A DNA stretch of 64,000 bases from Brevundimonas sp. (GTDB lineage: Bacteria; Pseudomonadota; Alphaproteobacteria; Caulobacterales; Caulobacteraceae), in the NCBI RefSeq assembly GCF_046295595.1, contig NZ_JBKBMX010000012.1:22164-86163 (forward strand), in the 5' to 3' direction. Within the stretch, counting starts at the first letter, position 1, and the number at the start of each line of letters is the position of its first letter. The position numbers and the translations under genes were made by a program. The notes under the pieces are model-generated. The model ran no database searches. It was not told the origin of the DNA and was given only the letters and a program-made list of their open reading frames with translations. Shown piece by piece: positions 36,952-44,395 of this stretch.

Positions 36952-39900
36952 CTACAGGTTCAGCAACGCCGGGTCTCCGCCCTGGGCGGCGATGTTGTTG
37001 CTGATGGCCTTTTCGGAGGCGTAGCGGATCAGGCTGTAGGGGCCGCCGGCCTTGGGGCCGGTGCCGCTGAGGCCCTCGCCGCCGAACGGCTGGACGCCGA
37101 CCACCGCGCCGGTGATCGAGCGGTTGATATAGACATTGCCGGCCGGCACCAGGCGGACGACCTGGGCGGCGAAGGCCTCGATGCGGCTGTGCACGCCCAG
37201 CGTCAGGCCGTAGCCGCGCGCGGCCAGCTTGCCGGCGACCGAGGCCAGGTCCTTCGGATCGTAGCGGTAGATGTGCAGGATCGGGCCGAAGACCTCCCGT
37301 TCGAGGAAGTCCGGGGTCGGGATCTCGGCCAGGGTCGGGGCGAAATAGTCGCCCGGGCCGGCGCCGGCGTTGGCGCTGTCGGACAGGGTGGCGCGGGCGA
37401 GAACCTTCGCTTCCTTCTCCAGCCGGGCGAGGTGGGCCTCGAGATTCTCCCGCGACTCGGCGTCGATGACCGGGCCGATGTCGGTGGCGGGGTCGGCGGG
37501 GTCGCCGACGACCTGGACGGCGAGGGCGCCCTTGAGCCCCTCGATCAGCCCCTCGGCCGAGTCCTTCGGCACATAGAGGATGCGCAGGGCCGAGCAGCGC
37601 TGGCCGGCGCTGCCGAAGGCCGACAGGACGACGTCGTCCAGCACCTGTTCGCGCAGGGCGGTGGTGTCGACGAACATGGCGTTGAGGCCGCCGGTCTCGG
37701 CGATGAAGGGGATGATCGCCCCTTCGCGTTTGGCGATGGCGGTGTTGATGGCGCGGGCGGTGTCGGTGCCGCCGGTGAAGGCGACGCCGTCGATGCCCGG
37801 GTGCGAGACGAGGGCGGCGCCGACGGTCTCGCCCCGACCGGGGACGAGGGCCAGCAGGTCGGGCTTGAGCCCGGCCTTGTGGAACAGGCGAACCGCCTCG
37901 GCGGCGACCAGCGGGGTCTGTTCGGCCGGCTTGGCCAGCACGGCGTTGCCGGCGGCGAGGGCGGCGGCGATCTGGCCGGTGAAGATGGCCAGCGGGAAAT
38001 TCCACGGGCTGATACAGGCGAAGACGCCGCGGCCGTGCAGGACCAGCTGGTTGGTCTCGCCGACCGGCCCGGTCAGGGTCTCGGGGCCGCCGAAGTCGCG
38101 TTCGGCCAGCATGGCGTAGTAGCGGCAGAAGTCGGCCGCCTCGCGCACCTCGGCGACGCCGTCGTTGAGGGTCTTGCCGGCCTCGCGGGCCAGCAGGGCG
38201 ACGAAGCGGTCCATGTCCGCCTCCAGCGCATCGGCCATGCAGCGCAGCACGATGGCGCGGGCGGCGCCGCCGGCGTCGTCCCAGACGACTTGGGCGCGGG
38301 CCGCCAGTTCGATGGCCTGATGGATCTCGGACTCGGTCGCCTCGGAGACATAGCCGAGCACGTCCTCGCGATCGGACGGGCTGGTCACGTCGGTCGGGTT
38401 CTGGCCGGCGCGCAGCACGCCGCTGACGATCGGGCCCGAGTTGAGCTTTTCGCGGTCGATCAGGTCGAGGGCGACGGCGTGGCGCTCGCGCTGGTCGAGC
38501 TGGCTGTAGTCGCGGCCGAGGGAGTTGAGGCGATTGCCGTACATGTGCTGGGGGACCGGAATCTTGGGGTGGGGGCCGGGCTGGCTTTCGAGGGCGGCGA
38601 CGGGGTCGAAGGCGACGGTCGAGGCGGGGACGCGCTCGTCCAGCAGGGCGTGGACGAATGAGGAGTTGGCTCCGTTCTCGAGCAGGCGGCGGACGAGATA
38701 GGGCAGCAGCTCCTCATGGCCGCCGACCGGGGCGTAGGCGCGGATGGTCAGTTTTTCGTCGGACCAGGCGGCCTCGGCGGCGTCGTAGAGAGGCTCGCCC
38801 ATGCCGTGCAGGCGCTGGAATTCGATGGCGACCCCGGCCTCCTTCGCCATGCGGTGCACGGCGGCGAGGGAGACGGCGTTGTGGGTGGCGAACTGGCCGT
38901 ACAGGTGCGGCGCCGCGTCGATGATGGCCTGGGCGCTGACCAGATAGTTGACGTCGGTGGCGACCTTGGTGGTGAAGACCGGATAGTCGGGCCGGCCCAT
39001 GACCTGGGCGCGCTTGATCTCGGTGTCCCAATAGGCGCCCTTGACCAGCCGGACCATGATGCGGCGGCGGGAGGCGCGGGCGAGGTCGGCGACGCGGGCG
39101 ATGACCTCGGGGGCGCGCTTCTGATAGGCTTGGACGGCGAGGCCGAGGCCCTTCCACTCGCCCAGCTCGGGGTCGTGGGCGAGGGCGTCCAGCAGCTTTA
39201 GCGACAGGGCGAGGCGGTCGGACTCCTCGGCGTCCATGCAGAAATTGATGTCATATTTCGCGGCGATGAGGGCCAGCCGCTTCACGCGCGGATACAGCTC
39301 GTCCCAGACGCGCGGCTCGTGCGTCGCCTCATAGCGGGGCGACAGGGCCGACAGCTTGACCGAGACGCCGTGGCCGGTCTGGGGCCCGCGCATCTCCGGC
39401 GTGTCGCGACGGATCTTGCCGACGGCCTCGATGGCCTCGGCGTAGACCACCTCATAGCGTTCGGCGTCGGCGGTGGTCCGGGCGCCCTCCCCCAGCATGT
39501 CGAAACTGCACAGCCAGCCCTCGCGGGCCGAGCGCTTCAGCGCCCCGTTGATGGTGCGGCCGACGACGAACTGCTCGCCCATCATGCGCACGGCGGCGGC
39601 GACGGCCTGGCGGATGACCGGCTCGCCGACGCGGCCGGCGACGCGGCGCAGGAAGCCGGGCAGGTCGCGCTTGGCGTCCTCGTCGACGTCGACCAGCTTG
39701 CCGGTCAGCATAAGCCCCCAGGTCGAGGCGTTGACGAACAGACTGTCGGACTGGCCGAGGTGTTTGGCCCAGTCGGCCGAGCCGATCTTTTCGGCGATCA
39801 GCTTGTCGCGGGTGTCCTCGTCGGGGATGCGCAGCAGGGCCTCGGCCATGCACATCAGGGCCAGGCCCTCGCGGGTGCCGAGGCTGAATTCCTGCAGGAA

Positions 39901-40110
39901 GCTTTCGACCACGCCCTGGCGCTGGTTGCTGCGCCGGGCCCGTTCGACCAGGTCGATCGCCTCGCGCACCACCGTCTCGCGGCCGTCCGGCGTCAGCGGG
40001 ACGCGGCCCAGAATGGCCCGCACGGCGGCGGTCTCGTCGGCGAATTTGCCGTGGTCGAGGGTGTCCCAGTCCTGCGAGAGGGCCGGGGCGGAGGAAGCGA
40101 TCGTGGTCAT
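36952..40110 (-). CDS. putA: Bifunctional proline dehydrogenase / P5C dehydrogenase
   Basis: SFDMLGEGA, SVKLSAL, RLVKGAYWD, FATHN, YLVRRLLENGANSSF, ISPWNFPLAIFTGQ, SAGQRCSALR, EVFGP. ATG 40110. Confidence 0.97.
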   Translation of the reverse strand: MTTIASSAPALSQDWDTLDHGKFADETAAVRAILGRVPLTPDGRETVVREAIDLVERARRSNQRQGVVESFLQEFSLGTREGLALMCMAEALLRIPDEDTRDKLIAEKIGSADWAKHLGQSDSLFVNASTWGLMLTGKLVDVDEDAKRDLPGFLRRVAGRVGEPVIRQAVAAAVRMMGEQFVVGRTINGALKRSAREGWLCSFDMLGEGARTTADAERYEVVYAEAIEAVGKIRRDTPEMRGPQTGHGVSVKLSALSPRYEATHEPRVWDELYPRVKRLALIAAKYDINFCMDAEESDRLALSLKLLDALAHDPELGEWKGLGLAVQAYQKRAPEVIARVADLARASRRRIMVRLVKGAYWDTEIKRAQVMGRPDYPVFTTKVATDVNYLVSAQAIIDAAPHLYGQFATHNAVSLAAVHRMAKEAGVAIEFQRLHGMGEPLYDAAEAAWSDEKLTIRAYAPVGGHEELLPYLVRRLLENGANSSFVHALLDERVPASTVAFDPVAALESQPGPHPKIPVPQHMYGNRLNSLGRDYSQLDQRERHAVALDLIDREKLNSGPIVSGVLRAGQNPTDVTSPSDREDVLGYVSEATESEIHQAIELAARAQVVWDDAGGAARAIVLRCMADALEADMDRFVALLAREAGKTLNDGVAEVREAADFCRYYAMLAERDFGGPETLTGPVGETNQLVLHGRGVFACISPWNFPLAIFTGQIAAALAAGNAVLAKPAEQTPLVAAEAVRLFHKAGLKPDLLALVPGRGETVGAALVSHPGIDGVAFTGGTDTARAINTAIAKREGAIIPFIAETGGLNAMFVDTTALREQVLDDVVLSAFGSAGQRCSALRILYVPKDSAEGLIEGLKGALAVQVVGDPADPATDIGPVIDAESRENLEAHLARLEKEAKVLARATLSDSANAGAGPGDYFAPTLAEIPTPDFLEREVFGPILHIYRYDPKDLASVAGKLAARGYGLTLGVHSRIEAFAAQVVRLVPAGNVYINRSITGAVVGVQPFGGEGLSGTGPKAGGPYSLIRYASEKAISNNIAAQGGDPALLNL

Positions 40111-40236
40111 GATCGGCCCCCTACACCTTTCCTTACGGGAAAGGGAGAGAGCTTGTGCCGCGTCCCGATGTCTCGCCAACCGGCGCGCGAGGCGCTAGAG
40201 GTTTTGCCCGATCAACGGCGGAGCCACCCGGCCCAC

Positions 40237-41322
40237 ATGCGCATCGTTCTGGCCACCGACGCCTGGGAGCCCCAGGTCAACGGCGTCGTCCGCACCCTGA
40301 CCCGGACCATCGCCGAATGCCGCGGCATGGGCCATGAGGTCGAGGTCATCGAACCCAGCCAGTTCAAGACCATCCCCTGCCCCACCTATCCGGAGATCCG
40401 GCTGGCGCTGGGGGCCGAGGAGGAGATCCGCGAACGGCTGCGCGCCTTCGAGCCGGAGGCGGTGCATATCGCCACCGAAGGGCCGATCGGCATCGCCACG
40501 CGGCGCATCTGCGTCGAGTGGAAACTGCCGTTCACGACCAGCTACCACACCAAATTCCCCGAGTATGTCTCGGCCCGGTTCCCGATCCCGGTGCAGGTCG
40601 GCTACGCCTATATGAAGTGGTTCCACAAGCCGTCGGGCCGGCTGATGGTGGCCACGCCGACGCTGCGCGACGAGCTGCTGGCGCACGGCTTCCGCAATGT
40701 GTCGCCGTGGTCGCGCGGCGTCGACACCATCCAGTTCAATCCCGATCTCGAGCGCATCTATGACGAGCTCGGCGGCGAGGACTGGCCGCGGCCGTTCTGG
40801 CTCAATGTCGGCCGGGTGGCGGTCGAGAAGAACATCGAATCCTTCCTCAAGACCGACCTGCCGGGCACCAAGATCGTCGTCGGCGACGGGCCGGCGCGGG
40901 CCGAGCTGCAGGAGAAATATCCGGAGGCGAAATTCCTCGGAGCGCGGTTTGGCGAGGAGCTGGCGCGTTGCTTCCGCGACGCCGACGTCTTCGTCTTCCC
41001 CAGCTGGACCGACACCTTCGGCCTGGTGATCCTCGAGGCCATGGCCACGGGCACGCCGGTGGCGGCCTATCCGGCGCACGGGCCGATCGACATCATCCCG
41101 GGCTCGAACGCCGGGGCCATCGACAAGGACCTGCGGGTGGCCTGTATGGCGGCGCTGGAATGCGACCGGACGGCGGTGCGGGCCTATGCCGAAAAGTTCA
41201 GCTGGCGCGCCTCGGCCGAGCAGTTCGTCGAGAACCTGCAGCCCTATCCCGAGCCCGAGCGCGGCCGCTTCTGGCGACGGCTGCGGCGCATCGCCCGGCT
41301 GCGCAAGAAGGTCGCGGCGTAG
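40237..41322 (+). CDS. GT4-family glycosyltransferase (possible glycosyl-diacylglycerol synthase)
   Basis: MRIVLATDAWEPQVNGVVRTL, HIATEGPIG, TTSYHT, VGRVAVEKNI, DTFGLVILEAMATG. Confidence 0.88.
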   Translation: MRIVLATDAWEPQVNGVVRTLTRTIAECRGMGHEVEVIEPSQFKTIPCPTYPEIRLALGAEEEIRERLRAFEPEAVHIATEGPIGIATRRICVEWKLPFTTSYHTKFPEYVSARFPIPVQVGYAYMKWFHKPSGRLMVATPTLRDELLAHGFRNVSPWSRGVDTIQFNPDLERIYDELGGEDWPRPFWLNVGRVAVEKNIESFLKTDLPGTKIVVGDGPARAELQEKYPEAKFLGARFGEELARCFRDADVFVFPSWTDTFGLVILEAMATGTPVAAYPAHGPIDIIPGSNAGAIDKDLRVACMAALECDRTAVRAYAEKFSWRASAEQFVENLQPYPEPERGRFWRRLRRIARLRKKVAA

Positions 41323-41324
41323 GC

Positions 41325-41497
41325 TCACCTCTCCGTTCGCGAAGGCGAATGGGGAGGACGGTCGACGCGAAGCGGCGACCCGGAGGGGGCGGCGCCGGCG
41401 TCGGCCAGCCCGGCGCCAATCCCCGATCACCGAGCCGCCCCCTCCTGATCGCTCCGCGATCTGTCCTCCCCATCGGCCTTCGCCGACGGGGAGGTGA
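41325..41497. repeat. Palindromic intergenic element, copy B (173 bp)
   Basis: Same termini and arms as 26083-26259 with a different central spacer; begins 2 nt after the GT stop, between convergent genes. Confidence 0.9.
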
Positions 41498-41503
41498 TGC
41501 GGG

Positions 41504-42565
41504 CTATTCCGGGCTGGTCATCGAGGTCATCGCCGTGGCGATGGCGCGCTGGGCGGCCAGTTCGTCGGCGGGCAGCGGCACCAGGCCGCGGTCCTGCAGA
41601 TAGCCGCCGCGGCCGGCCGAGGCTTCCGACATATATTCCATGACGAACTCCTTCACGCCCGGGATCACGCCGATGTGGGCCTTCTTGACGTAGATGAACA
41701 TCGAGCGGGAGATCGGATATTCGCCGGAGGCGATGGTCTCGAGCGTCGGCATGACGCCATTGACGCTGTGCGCCTTCACCGAGTCGGAGTTCTGCTCGAG
41801 GAAGGAATAGCCGAAGGCGCCGGTCGAGCCGGGGGTGCGGGTCAGGGTCTGGACGATGGCGTTGTCGTTCTCGCCCGAGTCGATCCAGCCGCCGTCCTCA
41901 CGCAGGGTGTGGGCGATGGCCTCGAACCGGTCGGGGTCACTCTCGGCCATGGCGGCCAGCGCCGGGATGGCCTTGGCCGACGGGGCCATGGCCAGTTCGA
42001 TCCAGGAGTCGCGCGTGCCGGAGGTCGGCGGCGGGCCGTAGACCATGATGCGGGTGGCCGGCAGGCCGGGATTGACCTGGTTCCAGGTGGTGTTCGGATT
42101 GGCGACGAAGGTGCCGTTCGGTCCCGGCACCTGCTTGGCCAGGGCGAGGTAGAGGTCGTCGCCGGTGAAGCCGTAGTCCGGCGCGTCGAGGGCTGTGGCG
42201 ATAACCAGGCCGTCATAGCCGATCTTCAGTTCGACGATGTCGGTGACGCCGTTCGCCTGGCACATCTCGAACTCGGACTTCTTCATCCGGCGCGAGGCGT
42301 TGGCGATGTCCGGGGTGTTCGATCCGACGCCGCGGCAGAAGGCCTGGATGCCGCCGCCGGTGCCCAGCGATTCGACGCGCGGCGCGGCGCCGCCCGAGGT
42401 GCGGGCGAAATTCTCGGCCACGCGCGTGGTGAAGGGGAAGACGGTCGAGGAGCCGGCGGCCCAGACCCCGGCGCGTTCGCCCTGGGCGCCGCCCGAATTC
42501 TCGCCACAGGCGCCGAGGGCGAGCAGGGCGATGGCTGAGGCGGCGGCGAGAAGCGTGCGGGCCAT
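41504..42565 (-). CDS. pstS: Phosphate-binding protein PstS (lipoprotein, stand-alone)
   Basis: Lipobox LGAC; AAGSSTVFP, SLGTGGG, ANASR, YGPPPTSGTRD, GEYPISRSMF. Confidence 0.88.
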   Translation of the reverse strand: MARTLLAAASAIALLALGACGENSGGAQGERAGVWAAGSSTVFPFTTRVAENFARTSGGAAPRVESLGTGGGIQAFCRGVGSNTPDIANASRRMKKSEFEMCQANGVTDIVELKIGYDGLVIATALDAPDYGFTGDDLYLALAKQVPGPNGTFVANPNTTWNQVNPGLPATRIMVYGPPPTSGTRDSWIELAMAPSAKAIPALAAMAESDPDRFEAIAHTLREDGGWIDSGENDNAIVQTLTRTPGSTGAFGYSFLEQNSDSVKAHSVNGVMPTLETIASGEYPISRSMFIYVKKAHIGVIPGVKEFVMEYMSEASAGRGGYLQDRGLVPLPADELAAQRAIATAMTSMTSPE

Positions 42566-42604
42566 GATCGGTCTCCGAGGTTCAGGGGGTTAGACCAGAG
42601 CTTT

Positions 42605-42622
42605 GTGACGGTTGGACGAAGG
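42605..42622 (-). promoter_or_regulatory. Possible Pho box upstream of pstS
   Basis: The minus strand reads CCTTCGT-CCAA-CCGTCAC, an 11-bp-period degenerate match to CTGTCAT-N4-CTGTCAT. Confidence 0.4.
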
Positions 42623-42644
42623 AGAGGAGCGAGGGGGGAGGGGC

Positions 42645-42830
42645 GAGGGATGAGGGATTAGGGATTAGGGATGAGAGATGAGAGGCAGGGTCCAGGATCG
42701 AGGGTCGAGGGTCGAGGATAGAGACGAAGGCGCCGAGACGGCCGCTCCGCCTAATCCCTCATCCCTCATCCCTCATCCCTAATCCCTAATCCCTAATCCC
42801 TAATCCCTAATCCCTAATCCCTAATCCCTA
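42645..42830. repeat. Inverted heptamer array pair, copy 2
   Basis: About 5 G-rich units (42645-42679), GGGTCGA units in the spacer, and 11 C-rich units TAATCCC/TCATCCC (42752-42828, the last seven perfect TAATCCC). Confidence 0.95.
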
Positions 42831-44222
42831 GATATGGATCGCATGCCCCAGGGCCCGCAGCGACGCCTCGTGGAAGGCCTCGCCCATGGTCGGGTGGACG
42901 TGGATGGTCCCGGCGACGTCTTCCAGCACCGCGCCCATCTCCAGCATCTGGGCGAAGCTGTTGGACAGTTCGGAGACGTGCTGGCCGACCGCCTGGACGC
43001 CGAGCAGGCGGTGGTCGGTCTTTGACGCCAGCACCCGGACGAAGCCGCCGTCGTCGCCGGCCTCGATGGCGAGGGCGCGGCCGATGGCCATCAGCGGGAA
43101 GACCGCGGTGATGACGTCGTCGCGGCCGTCGACGTCCTGCGGGCCGAGGCCGGCGGAGACGATCTCGGGCTCGGTGAAACAGACGGCGGCGATGGTCACG
43201 GGATCAAAGCGTTTGTCGTGACCCGCGATGATCTCGGCGACGATCTCGCCCTGGGCGCTGCCCTTGTGGGCCAGCATCGGTTCGCCGGTCAGGTCGCCGA
43301 CGGCCCAGACGTTCTTCATGCTGGTGGCGCAACGGTCGTCGATCTTGACGAACGGCCCGGCCATGGCCACGGCCATGTTCTCGAGGCCCCAGCCCTGTGT
43401 GCGCGGCTTGCGGCCGACCGTGACGAGCACCTTGTCGGCCTTGAGCTTGAGCGCCTGGCCGTCCTTGGTGGTGACGTCGAGCTGGCCCTTTTCGAAGGTG
43501 CCCGCCTTGGCGCCGAGGTGCAGTTCGACGCCGTGCGTCTCCAGCCATTTGCGCACCGGATCGGTCAGGGCCTTGTCGTAGAGCGGCAGCAGACGGTCGG
43601 CCATTTCGACGATGGCGACCTCGGCCCCCAGCTTGCGGAAGGCGATGCCGAGCTCCAGCCCGATATAGCCGCCGCCGACCACGACCAGCTTGCCGGGGAC
43701 CGTGTCCAGCGACAGGGCCTCGGTCGAGGACAGGACGTCGCCGCCGAACGGCAGGAAGGGCAGCTCCACCGGGTCCGAACCCGTGGCGAGGATGACGTGT
43801 TCGGCGGTGATCGTGATGTCGCCGTCAGCGGTCTTCACCGTGCAGGTGCGGGCGTCGGAGAAGGTCGCCCAGCCGTTGATGACCTTGACCTTCGCCTTTT
43901 TCAGCAGGCCGGCGACGCCGGTGTTCAGTTTGCGGACGATGCCGTCCTTCCAGGCCACGGTGGCCTTCAGGTCGATGGCGGCCTTGCTGGCGGTTATGCC
44001 CAGCGTGCCGCCGTCGGCCGCCTTGGCCACCGTCTCGAACTTCGACGCCGCGTGGATGATCGCCTTGGAAGGGATGCAGCCGACGTTGAGGCAGGTGCCG
44101 CCGAGGCCGTCGCCGCCATCGACCAGCACCGTGTCGAGCCCGAGCTGGCCGCAGCGGATGCCGGCGACATAGCCGCCGGTGCCGGCGCCGATGATCAGGA
44201 CTTTGGTGGAGATCTGCTGCAT
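42828..44222 (-). CDS. lpdA: Dihydrolipoamide dehydrogenase (E3) of bkd operon
   Basis: IGAGTGGY, GGTCLNVGCIPSK, VGGGYIGLE, MLAHKG, HVHPTMGE. ATG 44222. Confidence 0.96.
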   Translation of the reverse strand: MQQISTKVLIIGAGTGGYVAGIRCGQLGLDTVLVDGGDGLGGTCLNVGCIPSKAIIHAASKFETVAKAADGGTLGITASKAAIDLKATVAWKDGIVRKLNTGVAGLLKKAKVKVINGWATFSDARTCTVKTADGDITITAEHVILATGSDPVELPFLPFGGDVLSSTEALSLDTVPGKLVVVGGGYIGLELGIAFRKLGAEVAIVEMADRLLPLYDKALTDPVRKWLETHGVELHLGAKAGTFEKGQLDVTTKDGQALKLKADKVLVTVGRKPRTQGWGLENMAVAMAGPFVKIDDRCATSMKNVWAVGDLTGEPMLAHKGSAQGEIVAEIIAGHDKRFDPVTIAAVCFTEPEIVSAGLGPQDVDGRDDVITAVFPLMAIGRALAIEAGDDGGFVRVLASKTDHRLLGVQAVGQHVSELSNSFAQMLEMGAVLEDVAGTIHVHPTMGEAFHEASLRALGHAIHI

Positions 44223-44243
44223 TTCACTCACTCGCCAGTCTGA

Positions 44244-44387
44244 CCCCTCTCCCTGAGGGAGAGGGAGGGGCCCGCCCGGCGCCGCCGGGTGGGAGGGTGT
44301 GGGGTTACGGCGCCAGGGCCGTCCGGCGCCGTAACCCCACATCCGACGGGGCTCCGCCCCGCCACCTTCTCCCTAAGGGAGAAGGGA
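44244..44387. repeat. Palindromic element between E2 and E3 genes
   Basis: CCCTCTCCC-TGA-GGGAGAGGG and CCTTCTCCC-TAA-GGGAGAAGG end hairpins; central perfect 17-bp inverted repeat 44298-44314/44325-44341. Confidence 0.88.
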
Positions 44388-44395
44388 AGGCACGG

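Noticed and set aside
39319-41322. 667-aa ORF (and similar over-long track ORFs at 46149..48308, 22833..24383, 42828..44342, 52721..54019)
   Set aside because: These are upstream extensions through antisense or repeat DNA. Recognisable domains and RBSs start at internal codons.
41504-42565. pstS separated from pstCAB as evidence of rearrangement
   Set aside because: The same split organisation is known in Caulobacter.
42645-42830. CRISPR array or true telomere
   Set aside because: The units are contiguous 7-mers with no unique spacers, there are no cas genes, and the position is internal to the chromosome.
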